Positions 36,144 to 45,283 of a stretch of DNA of 64,000 nt are shown in pieces. The stretch is from a virus, in the IMG/VR virus record IMGVR_UViG_3300031721_000685, positions 11,792 through 75,791 of that record; one strand, given 5' to 3'. How positions within the stretch are numbered: the stretch's first letter is position 1; each line of letters begins with the position of its first letter. The position numbers and the translations under genes are program-made. Below the pieces are notes generated by a model. The model did not search any database. It was not told the DNA's origin and saw nothing but the letters and a program-made list of their open reading frames with translations.

Positions 36144-36587
36144 CTAATCTTCCTTTAAAAATCGACTGATATCAAGACTAATCTTACTGTCGATACGGGC
36201 TCTCAATTCCGTTGATGAAAATCTATGTCTACGAGTATTGTAATATAATTCAATGCCATTGGTTTTGCAGAACGTTTTACCAGTGAATAACTTATCCTTA
36301 TACTCTTCGCCCAAGATTCGAATGTTGATTGGATATGTCTGAAGAATATCTTCCAAATCACTTTCCCATTCATATGGCACAATTTCGTCTACGTATGATA
36401 CTGCGCTTAGTTGTGTATATCTTTCTACAATGGTTTGTACCGGTTTGTCTTTGTTTGCTCTATCGTTTGATGGATCAATTTGTAGACCACAAATAAGATA
36501 GTCACAAACACTCGCAGCTTCTCGTAACATCATAATATGACCAGAATGTAACAAGTCAAATGTTGATGCCGTAAATCCCACTTTCAT
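36144..36587 (-). CDS. Cytidylyltransferase (TagD/RfaE-like)
   Basis: FDLLHSGH (HxGH), KP....ER, SST.LR. Confidence 0.88.
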   Translation of the reverse strand: MKVGFTASTFDLLHSGHIMMLREAASVCDYLICGLQIDPSNDRANKDKPVQTIVERYTQLSAVSYVDEIVPYEWESDLEDILQTYPINIRILGEEYKDKLFTGKTFCKTNGIELYYNTRRHRFSSTELRARIDSKISLDISRFLKED

Positions 36588-37287
36588 CTTGTAAAATCTC
36601 CCATGTATGTTTCCAACCATTTACTTGGTGTGTATACCCCATTTGGTTGTCTTCAATCGCTTTTGCTAGTGGATAGTCGTTTCCACCCTTATATGTAGTG
36701 TCGCCAAAGAATACGAGTTTGTCTTCAGTGCTGTCGAAATCTTTTACTATCTGACCCTTATCTTTACCTTTCTCAGTAATATCCATACCAATATCACCAG
36801 CAACTTGAAATTGATATTGCGTAAATTCTTGTGATAACTCTTCGGCAATTCGATTTCGTTCTTTGTGTACCAAATCGAATTTAACGTATTCTAATCTCTG
36901 TTCAGGATTGGCGTTCCTGCCAACTGTAGAGAAGTTGATAAGTCCCATGCGGTGTTCAATGTGATTGCCTGTTTTGGTCAGATGTTTGCTCTGCGCAGAT
37001 TTCTCTTTGAGAGACTTTAATAATTCTATAGATACTTTCATTTTATTCTGACTGACAACCCTGTCGCCTTCCCATACTTCATTACCTGAGCAGTTGTATA
37101 CTCTCTTAGCAGCAAAATATGTGGGAATACCTATTTGTTCGATTGTTTTGACTCTATCTGAGCCAGTAACTAGATACACGCTATTTTTATTAGAGAAATT
37201 AAAGAACCAGGTTTGAAAATCCTGATCCATCAAACTTCTGCTTGGTGTTAATGTACCATCAACGTCAAACACATAATGTAATATCAT
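36556..37287 (-). CDS. HAD-IIB phosphomannomutase-like enzyme (eukaryotic-type PMM family)
   Basis: FDVDGTLT, VTGSD, HIE.R..LINFS..GRNA..EQR, FFGD....GNDY. Confidence 0.85.
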   Translation of the reverse strand: MILHYVFDVDGTLTPSRSLMDQDFQTWFFNFSNKNSVYLVTGSDRVKTIEQIGIPTYFAAKRVYNCSGNEVWEGDRVVSQNKMKVSIELLKSLKEKSAQSKHLTKTGNHIEHRMGLINFSTVGRNANPEQRLEYVKFDLVHKERNRIAEELSQEFTQYQFQVAGDIGMDITEKGKDKGQIVKDFDSTEDKLVFFGDTTYKGGNDYPLAKAIEDNQMGYTHQVNGWKHTWEILQDESGIYGINI

Positions 37288-37309
37288 AGTACTCTCCATA
37301 CTTCATTAT

Positions 37310-37338
37310 ATTATACATCATATATTGGTTATTGTAAA
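37310..37338 (-). promoter_or_regulatory. Sigma70-type promoter for the PMM-cytidylyltransferase-uvsY operon
   Basis: TTTACA-17bp-TATAAT overlapping the end of gene 3. Confidence 0.6.
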
Positions 37339-37815
37339 CCTTTTATATTTGAAACTTACTGTGGCTTCAGAATAAACTACATCCACTGCCTTTACGTCCA
37401 ACGCAATTTCAGAGAGACTTGCTGGCATGAGGTCTTCAAAATTTATTTCAATATTAGAATTTTTTGTAGAGTTCAAAATCGTGAGTGTCGCATCTGAAAA
37501 AATGCCTGAATTGTCGCCATCTTCTCTCGTAACTAGATTTTTATGCTGTGTGAAATTATCCGGAAACGCTATACCAATCAACCAATCATGCATCTCTAGG
37601 TAGTTAGTCATATTTTCATCAACCCGAAATGTGATGCTAAAATCGCCATATTCTAATTTATCTGGGCTGAACGAGAGATTCGAGAATGGAGTAGCTACCG
37701 TGGCAAAACCAGCAGTCAGTGACGGAACTGAAGCCGATTGTATATAATATTCAATATTAGGCGCTCTTTGCAGAACGAATCTGAACCCTATCGGTGAAAG
37801 GAAGTTTTGAGCCAT
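37318..37815 (-). CDS. 3: Tail tube terminator / tail completion protein (gp3-like)
   Basis: NFLSP.GF.F, F.VDE.M.NY.E..DW, SDATL.IL, P.SLS; late promoter at 37883-37890. Confidence 0.85.
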   Translation of the reverse strand: MAQNFLSPIGFRFVLQRAPNIEYYIQSASVPSLTAGFATVATPFSNLSFSPDKLEYGDFSITFRVDENMTNYLEMHDWLIGIAFPDNFTQHKNLVTREDGDNSGIFSDATLTILNSTKNSNIEINFEDLMPASLSEIALDVKAVDVVYSEATVSFKYKRFTITNI

Positions 37816-37898
37816 GTTTGCTCCATATTTTTTCAAAAATTAAAAAAAAGCGCTAGACATTTGATGAGAAGCACTTATATTATATTTATATGATAAAG

Positions 37899-37923
37899 AG
37901 AGTCGTACGACTCTAGAGTCGTA
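37899..37923. repeat. Two interlocked perfect palindromes
   Basis: AGAGTCGTACGACTCT (37899-37914) and TACGACTCTAGAGTCGTA (37906-37923). Confidence 0.85.
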
Positions 37924-37933
37924 TTTGATGCGC

Positions 37934-37964
37934 AAAAAAAGGGAGAGCCGAAGCTCTCCCTTTT
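37934..37964 (-). terminator. Intrinsic terminator of gene 23
   Basis: GGGAGAGC-TTCG-GCTCTCCC-TTTTTTT, with a C(UUCG)G tetraloop. Confidence 0.92.
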
Positions 37965-37997
37965 CAGTCTTTTGGTAGGTTAACCCTACTCTTGGTA

Positions 37998-39284
37998 TTA
38001 CATGATGTTAGTGATTGCAACTCGGCGATAGTATGTGTTTTGATCGCCAGCAGCAGGACTTGTGTTGTCGATAGCGCCTGCACCATTTGAGGTAGCAAAT
38101 GGGTTAGCAACCATGCCGTAACGAGTCTTGAAGCCAATCTTAGGTTGGAAGCTACTCTCACCAACCGCACGAACCATTTGCAATGGAACATATGGGCAGT
38201 AGAAGATGCCAGCATCGAATGCGCTAGAACCCTTGTAGCCAACAATCATGTAGTTAGCGCCTGCATATGGGTCGATGTAGACTTTCATGCGGCCATTAAT
38301 GACACCAGCGAATGTGTTGCCTGTGTCATCTACATTTAGCTTAGATGCGAGAGCAGGAGCATAGTCGAGGACGCCTGCCATCTGAAGTGCAGAAGCAACA
38401 TCAGAAGAACAAACAACAACGTTGCCTTTACCACGACGGGTCTGCTTTGCGATTTCATTAGCTTCACGTTCAATCTGGAACATGAGACCTTTGAACTTTT
38501 CAACACTCCAACGACCGTTAGCATCAACGTCTAGGTTGAATGTACCAGCAGCAGCGGTGTTTGTTTGAGCGCCAGCTTTGGCTGTGTGATAGATTGTGCG
38601 AACAACTTCACGATTGATTTCTGCAAGAATTTCAGCAGAAAGAATGTTAGCAAGTTCTGTTTCAGCGTCAAGACCATGAATAGCCTTTAAATCTTGTGCT
38701 AGTTCAGTAGTGTACTCTGCTTTGAGCGCACGAGACTTGGCAGTAACAGTAACCTTGTCGATTTCGAAGCCCATCTGAGCATAAGCAGCTTCAGCTTCCA
38801 TTGTAGCCGTAGCAACACCAACACCAGTCGTTTCGGATCCAGCACCGAGAGCATTAGCGTGTGTACCTGCGCCAGAGAAGTCTGTGTCAGCTTCGCTGTG
38901 CAGCGCTTCAGTTGTAACAGTTGTCGTGTTAGCATACATGGACTTCATGGCAAAGATAAGCCCAGAAGGACCGGTCATTGGCTGAACACCACAAATGTCA
39001 TATGCCATCAAATTAGGCATAGAACGACGAACGAGGCTAATCAACACAGGATCGTAAGTGTCGGTAGAAGCAACGCCACCAGAAGCGCCATCACCAATAG
39101 AGTTGGCAGGTGCGGCTTCCATCAGTAGGCTATTAGGTGACCAAGCAGCGCTTTCTCTTAGAGCCTTTTCGGTGTTCTCTAGGACAATAGCAGTAACTGC
39201 TCTTTTGTGATTATCTGTGATAGCTTCGAGGTCTGGATGCTCCAGAATAGGACGCCATTTGTTGTTTAGTTCTTCATTTAACAT
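37998..39284 (-). CDS. 23: Major capsid protein (gp23)
   Basis: GVQPMTGP.GLIFAM, SRALKAEYT.ELAQDLKAIHGLDAE, FYCPYVPL, FQPKIGFKTRYG; late promoter at 39323-39330. Confidence 0.98.
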   Translation of the reverse strand: MLNEELNNKWRPILEHPDLEAITDNHKRAVTAIVLENTEKALRESAAWSPNSLLMEAAPANSIGDGASGGVASTDTYDPVLISLVRRSMPNLMAYDICGVQPMTGPSGLIFAMKSMYANTTTVTTEALHSEADTDFSGAGTHANALGAGSETTGVGVATATMEAEAAYAQMGFEIDKVTVTAKSRALKAEYTTELAQDLKAIHGLDAETELANILSAEILAEINREVVRTIYHTAKAGAQTNTAAAGTFNLDVDANGRWSVEKFKGLMFQIEREANEIAKQTRRGKGNVVVCSSDVASALQMAGVLDYAPALASKLNVDDTGNTFAGVINGRMKVYIDPYAGANYMIVGYKGSSAFDAGIFYCPYVPLQMVRAVGESSFQPKIGFKTRYGMVANPFATSNGAGAIDNTSPAAGDQNTYYRRVAITNIM

Positions 39285-39330
39285 TTTAGAAGATTCTCCT
39301 TAACTAAGAATATTTATTTAACTATTTATA

Positions 39331-40227
39331 CTATTTGATATTTCTGAAAGTCTTGCTGATGGATTTAGCATAGAGAGCCATCTGAGGGTCAACATACTTC
39401 GCATCTGATTCCTCATTTACTGGATCTAATTCGTCCGTCTCTTCAACAATTGCTGATTTGCCAAAATAGTTTTCTTTGATGATTTCAACTTTACGACTGT
39501 AATCATCAAGGTCTACATATTCTAGGCCTTCGGTGAGCGAACGCAGCTTTTCAGTCTGTGTATCTGCTAGTCCTTCTGAAAGAACATCGAATACGTCCGA
39601 CTTCTTAGCTTCATCAAGCTCTTTGGAAACCTCAATGTTTGTATCAAGCTGTTCGTTGAGGCTCTTTTCAAGCTCTTCGATCTTCTGTGCCATTTCAGCG
39701 ACCAGATCGACTTCTTCGTCAGGAACATCAATATGATGCTCTGAGAAAAGTTCTTTAAGACCAGAGATGAACGACTCTGCAATATCAGAGCGAATTCCAC
39801 TCTCCACTGCAAGTTCGTTTGCTTCCATCCACTGCTCTGACACGTAATCTAGATATGAGTCAACCTTCTTAGTGAGGTCTTCTGTAGCTAGTTCTACTTG
39901 CTCATCTAGTTTGAAATTAAATTCTTCTTCTAAACGAGAAACTTCTGCATTAACTTTTTCTAAAACAACTGCCTCAAAGAGAACAGCAGCCTTTTCTTTA
40001 AAATCTTCTGATAGTTCTTCACCACCAAAAATTTCTTCTACTGCTTCGCTCATAGAGTTATCGGCACCTATTTTTGTTTCGCTATCAGATACCGTATCAT
40101 CGGAATCATCAGCAATTACTTCATCAGCTTTACGCTTCTTGACACTAACTGCGGCCGATTCCATTACTTCGGAATCACTTGCAGATGCCTTCAACTCGTC
40201 TAACTGATCAATTTCTTGATCTGACAT
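39331..40227 (-). CDS. 22: Prohead core scaffolding protein (gp22)
   Basis: LSEDFKEKA..LFEA, KVDSYL.YV.E.W, ESF..GLK.LF.EH; late promoter at 40263-40270. Confidence 0.92.
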   Translation of the reverse strand: MSDQEIDQLDELKASASDSEVMESAAVSVKKRKADEVIADDSDDTVSDSETKIGADNSMSEAVEEIFGGEELSEDFKEKAAVLFEAVVLEKVNAEVSRLEEEFNFKLDEQVELATEDLTKKVDSYLDYVSEQWMEANELAVESGIRSDIAESFISGLKELFSEHHIDVPDEEVDLVAEMAQKIEELEKSLNEQLDTNIEVSKELDEAKKSDVFDVLSEGLADTQTEKLRSLTEGLEYVDLDDYSRKVEIIKENYFGKSAIVEETDELDPVNEESDAKYVDPQMALYAKSISKTFRNIK

Positions 40228-40277
40228 ATGTTGTCTCCTTCGAGTTTATTAGTTATTTAGTTTATTTATAAAAAATG

Positions 40278-40946
40278 TTATTTTGAAATATTATTCAAGA
40301 ATTTTGCAAATATTTTGAACTTTTGTTCTTCGAGTTTACGAGGAGAGAGTTTTTTAGTCTCTGCTACAATCTGTTCAACCATTTGTTCACGCATCCAGTT
40401 ACCAGAAGCGATATCATAAAACCATTCTGACCCTTCCATAATACCCTTTACGAAAGCATCAGGAGCAGATGGGTCAGCGACGATATCGCCAGCAGTAGCG
40501 AGCATGAAATCGCCCTGTACTTCCATAATACCTTTCCCTGTTTGCTTAATTGACCCCATGCCACGAGATGATACGCCAAGTGTTGCACCTTCGTCCATAA
40601 GATTCTTTACTACCTTACCCATTGGAGTATCCATAATCTTTGCTTTACCAACAAAGTTTGAGCCCTCTTGATGTAAGTCAGTAATCATATGTGACACTCG
40701 CTCAAGGTTGATGGTTGGTCCATCAGGATGTCCGAGTTCACCAAAAGCTCTTTTTTTCTCTACAAATTCTTTATTATATCTCTTCACTTCTTTCGCAATA
40801 ACTTCAGAAGGATAGACACGCCCATTACGATTTTTGAGGTCGCCTTGCATGAAGACGCCTTCAATGAAATAGTTTTTTGGCTTACCTTCTTCGGCAGCTT
40901 CTGTGATGTATTTAACATCATCGTTTATTTCGCAGATTAATTTCAT
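40278..40946 (-). CDS. 21: Prohead protease (gp21)
   Basis: NRNGRVYP, GELGHP, VSH, GVSSRG.GS, D.VADPSAP.A. Confidence 0.97.
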   Translation of the reverse strand: MKLICEINDDVKYITEAAEEGKPKNYFIEGVFMQGDLKNRNGRVYPSEVIAKEVKRYNKEFVEKKRAFGELGHPDGPTINLERVSHMITDLHQEGSNFVGKAKIMDTPMGKVVKNLMDEGATLGVSSRGMGSIKQTGKGIMEVQGDFMLATAGDIVADPSAPDAFVKGIMEGSEWFYDIASGNWMREQMVEQIVAETKKLSPRKLEEQKFKIFAKFLNNISK

Positions 40947-40955
40947 TGTCCTACC

Positions 40956-41246
40956 CTAACCGTTAGAAACTGGTGTTCTGAAAACGTGGTCGCAAGCGGC
41001 ATTTAAACTAACGTAAACTTCGCCATCGCCCGCAGCACCGCTTCTAAGTTCACCAATGTCGATAAGTACGACATGCCCCGGTCCTACTGTAATCATAGTA
41101 GAAACCGCTGAAGAGGTTGTTCCAAATGAAACATTAGCAATGACTGTTGTATTACTATTGTAAATTCTTTGAAATCTACCATCTGTGATTTCAGCATGAG
41201 TAGCTGTGACTGCTACTGTATTTGCTATAAGTTTGATTGCTGGCAT
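40956..41246 (-). CDS. Small probable virion protein
   Basis: Beta-rich 96-aa ORF in the head operon; GGAG RBS. Confidence 0.55.
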   Translation of the reverse strand: MPAIKLIANTVAVTATHAEITDGRFQRIYNSNTTVIANVSFGTTSSAVSTMITVGPGHVVLIDIGELRSGAAGDGEVYVSLNAACDHVFRTPVSNG

Positions 41247-41257
41247 ATTTATCTCCC

Positions 41258-42772
41258 TTACATTGCTTGCTTGGCAAAGGCAAGAATCTCACTATTAGAT
41301 TTCTTGTCTTGCATAAACTTAGCGAGCATTGTCTTTGTGTTTGCAGGGTTCAACGACTTATATAGATTATTGAGCGCTGCTGCATCATCTTTAGAAACCT
41401 TTACCGTACTACCATCTTTAAGTTTCATGTCGGTAGCGCTGAAATTAACTGCTTCATCAAGGTCAACGGATTCGTATACTTCGTATGTCTTACCAGCAAC
41501 TACGAAAGTTTTATCACCCTTTTCTTTAGCTGCTTTTAGCGCCATTCCAAATGCGTTACCTTCCTTCATCATCTTATTAATCTCAGCACCCTTCATGTTG
41601 TGCTTCGTAATAAGTTTTGTAACTGCACTTTGAGTTACAAAAGGAATGTCCGCTTTTACCAACTTAATAAGCATCGCTTTATTGTCAGCAAACTTATTCA
41701 TAATGGCAGATAGCTTCTTAGCGTTATCTAAACTGATTTTCTTATCACGCATTGGCTCATATGCTTTTTTGAGTTTAGCAATACCTGCTGCGCTTTCCTC
41801 TAACTCTTCATTTGGGCCATAGCCTTTAGGAGTTACATCTTTAGTGCGTGACGCAACATCTTTTTTTGATTTACCCTTTGCCATTCTTTTAGCAGCATCT
41901 GGGTTTAAATTACCTTTCTTATCAAGAAACTTTGCAAGATGAGGCGGCAACCCATTTGATGCTTCATCAAGGTCAACTTCTTCAATTACATTTTTAGGAA
42001 ACGATTTTTCAATATATTTCACTACATCTTGAGTAGACCTACTATCCATTTTTGCAACAATCTTAAACTTACTACCAGATTTAGATGCAATTGTTTGGCC
42101 GCCCATTCCAGTTTTCTCTAACTTCTTTCCATCAGTTGATAACATTTTACCATTCATAGATTTACCACTATAGAACGCATCTACAACTTGTTTATCTTTT
42201 GGATTTAATGCTTCATCAAGGTCAACTTCTTCTGGAACATATTCATTCTTCTGCATCATTTTCATTGCCCCAGTTGCAAGTTTGACAATAGGAAGTTTTT
42301 CCATCTTCTTCTTGGTTGCGTCATTTACCTTGTCATAGATTTGCGAAATAGCAGATGCAGTGAAAGAATCGACCATAACACCATCAATCTTTGCAGCAGA
42401 TTTCTTGGAGGCAATCTCTTTTACCTTGTCGATAACACTCTCATTACAAATTTGTTTTGCAAACATTACGGCTTTCCAGCTTTCGCCATAAGTAGCTCGT
42501 AATGATTCTTCATTCATTTCGCATTCACAATCTTCACATCCACAGTTTTCACATTTACACTTAGTAATATTTTCTTCATAAACCGCAGCGTCTTTACCTT
42601 CTTCACTATCAGCAATACGTTTCTTCTTACCAGGAGACTTTTTTGTACCCTTTAAAGTTTCTGCATCGTTTAGCGGATGGTCAACGATACCAACGACGTG
42701 CTTGTCTTTGAAACGTTTTTCGCCAGCAGCTTTTGGCTCCAGCAGTTCTTGTAAATCTTTAAAGGATAGCAT
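41258..42772 (-). CDS. Modular prohead-core/internal polyprotein (gp68 position)
   Basis: Lies between gp67 and gp21. MLSFKDLQE start with AAGGA RBS; Lys-rich modules separated by EEVDLDEA / ELEES linkers. Confidence 0.7.
   Translation of the reverse strand: MLSFKDLQELLEPKAAGEKRFKDKHVVGIVDHPLNDAETLKGTKKSPGKKKRIADSEEGKDAAVYEENITKCKCENCGCEDCECEMNEESLRATYGESWKAVMFAKQICNESVIDKVKEIASKKSAAKIDGVMVDSFTASAISQIYDKVNDATKKKMEKLPIVKLATGAMKMMQKNEYVPEEVDLDEALNPKDKQVVDAFYSGKSMNGKMLSTDGKKLEKTGMGGQTIASKSGSKFKIVAKMDSRSTQDVVKYIEKSFPKNVIEEVDLDEASNGLPPHLAKFLDKKGNLNPDAAKRMAKGKSKKDVASRTKDVTPKGYGPNEELEESAAGIAKLKKAYEPMRDKKISLDNAKKLSAIMNKFADNKAMLIKLVKADIPFVTQSAVTKLITKHNMKGAEINKMMKEGNAFGMALKAAKEKGDKTFVVAGKTYEVYESVDLDEAVNFSATDMKLKDGSTVKVSKDDAAALNNLYKSLNPANTKTMLAKFMQDKKSNSEILAFAKQAM
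41450..42232. repeat. Three in-frame direct repeats encoding (EE)VDLDEA
   Basis: 25-nt ATGCTTCATCAAGGTCAACTTCTTC at 41959-41983 and 42208-42232; 18-nt core at 41450-41467. Confidence 0.9.
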
Positions 42773-42797
42773 TTGTGAGTTCCTTATAATTTGTTTT

Positions 42798-43025
42798 TTA
42801 GTATTCTGTGCTGTCAACGTCTGGTTCATCGTCGAGATCAACGTTTAAATCAAAGTCGTCCTCTTCGGCACCATTCATCATCTGCTGTGCAATATCTTCT
42901 CTTTTAGCATCGATAGCAGCACTAATCTTGTCCTGCATTATGTCTTGAAATGCGGTTTGAAAATCGTTTGGTTGATTTTCGTGAGCGTGTTTCAACAAAT
43001 CTACTATATTATTTTCTACCATCAT
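42798..43025 (-). CDS. 67: Prohead core protein (gp67-like)
   Basis: Small acidic ORF right after the portal gene; late promoter at 43038-43045. Confidence 0.7.
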   Translation of the reverse strand: MMVENNIVDLLKHAHENQPNDFQTAFQDIMQDKISAAIDAKREDIAQQMMNGAEEDDFDLNVDLDDEPDVDSTEY

Positions 43026-43049
43026 ACCAACTCCATATATTTATATCAA

Positions 43050-44621
43050 TTAAGATTGTTCTGTTTCATCATTTGGTTCTGCTTCGACGCTCTGGTCATC
43101 ATCTTCTTCACCTTCATCATCAAGGTCATCATCACCATTTGCTTTTGCTTCAATAGCAATTTGCTCATCAATGTCTTTTATATCGTCTTCTGATTGTTGA
43201 AGTACGTTCATACGAACCCATTTTTCAGAGTAGTATTTACCAGTATATTCGTCAATATCAGCAACAATCTGTAGTCTATTTTGTAGTATTTCAGCCTGTT
43301 TCAATTCTTCAAAATGATTATCGTGCATAAAGTCGAAGCGAATAGCCGATTTAATCTTAGGCCAATCTTCTGGTGCAATCACACCTTTCAGAATTAATTG
43401 CTTCTCAAGAATTTTATTGAATAGAATAGAGAATCGATTTCGTAGTCGATTGATGAACTTAGAAAACTTCACTTCATCTCTCGTGATTTCAGAAGCTCTA
43501 CCGAGAGCAAACCCACTCTCCGTTTCAAGCCTTGAAATAGGCACGTTCAGCGATTGAAACACTCTCTTTTGAAAATATAAAATATCGTCCATTTCACCAA
43601 GATTTTGACCACCTGGAAGAGTTGTGATTTCTGTACCTTTACCACCTTCTCTTCTTGGAAGCCAGAAGTCTTCCATCATCGTCATGAACTTACGGTCATC
43701 ACGAACTTCGCCAGTAGTCGCATCATAAACGAGTCTGTTCTTATGTTTTGCCATCATATCTCTTAGATATTGCTCTGCCTTCATCTTAGGTAGATTACCA
43801 ACATCAATATAGAAAATACGGCGCTCTGGCGCACGAGAAATACGATAGATAACAGCAGCATCTTCAAGCATTCTCAATTGATTCATAGGCTTGATTGCCT
43901 TATGAAGATGAGAGAGAACGAGCGAGTTGTTTTCGTTTAAAATGCCAGATGTGGTGTGAACAATAGAATCTTTAGAAATTTTAAGACCCTTCGTGCCATC
44001 CATTCCACCAGCAGAACCGATAGAAGCTGTCTGTGCAGAAAATCCCTTGTCACTAAAGATATAGTATTCATTCTTCGTTTTTTGTATTACTGTTTCGCCT
44101 TCACGCTTCTTCTCAACTTCTTTTATCTTACGAATCTTTCTTGGATCAATAAAACGTAACTCTTTAATGCCTTCACGAACATTATTTTCGTCAATGATTG
44201 CATGATAGTAGAGCCTACCATCAACATACCATTTTTGAAAAACATCGTAGCCGACATTGGAAAAATCTAACAGGCGAATAACTTCGTCAAACTCTTCACG
44301 AATTCTTTTTTTAATCGAATCTGGTTGGTCTAAGTCGTCTGTAACGCACTCGACAACTTTTTTGTTATCAGTTACAACAACTGCTTCATTTACAATATCT
44401 TCAACTGCTTTTTGAACTTCGGGTTGTTGAACCATATTGCGATATTTTGTGACAAGCTCTGCTTCGTTTTTAGCGCCACCTTCTAAATCAACATATGTGC
44501 CATAAGCACCACCAGCAGCTACAACTAAAGAACCTTCGTCATCTGTTGCGGGAGCAAATGACTTAATGTCTTTTGTATTATCACTTTTTCTTTTAATTTC
44601 AAAACCGAACAGATTTGCCAT
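43050..44621 (-). CDS. 20: Portal protein (gp20)
   Basis: WYVDGR, IDPRK, YRI.RAPERRIFYIDVGN, EDFWLPRREGG.GTEI.TLPG; late promoter at 44683-44690. Confidence 0.98.
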   Translation of the reverse strand: MANLFGFEIKRKSDNTKDIKSFAPATDDEGSLVVAAGGAYGTYVDLEGGAKNEAELVTKYRNMVQQPEVQKAVEDIVNEAVVVTDNKKVVECVTDDLDQPDSIKKRIREEFDEVIRLLDFSNVGYDVFQKWYVDGRLYYHAIIDENNVREGIKELRFIDPRKIRKIKEVEKKREGETVIQKTKNEYYIFSDKGFSAQTASIGSAGGMDGTKGLKISKDSIVHTTSGILNENNSLVLSHLHKAIKPMNQLRMLEDAAVIYRISRAPERRIFYIDVGNLPKMKAEQYLRDMMAKHKNRLVYDATTGEVRDDRKFMTMMEDFWLPRREGGKGTEITTLPGGQNLGEMDDILYFQKRVFQSLNVPISRLETESGFALGRASEITRDEVKFSKFINRLRNRFSILFNKILEKQLILKGVIAPEDWPKIKSAIRFDFMHDNHFEELKQAEILQNRLQIVADIDEYTGKYYSEKWVRMNVLQQSEDDIKDIDEQIAIEAKANGDDDLDDEGEEDDDQSVEAEPNDETEQS

Positions 44622-44690
44622 ACTGATATTATACCCCTATAGATTGGAGGGGACCGAAAATGTCAGTCCCCTCATACAAATCTATTTATA

Positions 44691-45239
44691 TTAGGCGGTT
44701 GAGTTGCCTGTGATGCCACCAGAAACTTCCCAGAAATCATATTGGAACGTAACTGTGAATTCTTCAATCGCATCAGTTGTTTCCCAAGCCATTTCAATAG
44801 CGGAAACTTCAGTTGGGAACATACCGTTGAAAGTATACTCACGAATAGGAACACCAGTCTTAGAGAACTGTGTAATCTGAGCATTCGATTTGTATAGTAG
44901 TGGTGAAGCAGAACCAAACTCACGAATATTACCAGCGTGAGAGTTGATCGAGTTTGACCACTGTTCCATTGCGTTACGGATGAGAAAGTCTTCATCGTTG
45001 ATGATAGTGACGGTCCATTCAGCGAATGTTCTATCACCAGCAACTTTAATCTTGCGACCAAAGTATGGCACTTCAATCACACCTGTGGTAGATGCTGGTA
45101 TCTGTGCTGCTTTGACCATGAATGGTACTTTAATGTCACCGGCACCATTTGCTGGATTAGAAATCTGTACTTGAAAGAGCGATGCTCTCGCTCCTCCAAG
45201 TGTCAGTTGGCTTCTAATTTCTTGAATGTTGAAAGCCAT
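44691..45239 (-). CDS. 19: Tail tube protein (gp19)
   Basis: GGAR..LF.V, GR.IK.AGDRTF..WT.T..ND, IEEF.VT. Confidence 0.96.
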   Translation of the reverse strand: MAFNIQEIRSQLTLGGARASLFQVQISNPANGAGDIKVPFMVKAAQIPASTTGVIEVPYFGRKIKVAGDRTFAEWTVTIINDEDFLIRNAMEQWSNSINSHAGNIREFGSASPLLYKSNAQITQFSKTGVPIREYTFNGMFPTEVSAIEMAWETTDAIEEFTVTFQYDFWEVSGGITGNSTA

Positions 45240-45283
45240 TATTTAATAACTCCTTTGTTTAATGCTATTTATTCGTTTTGTTA

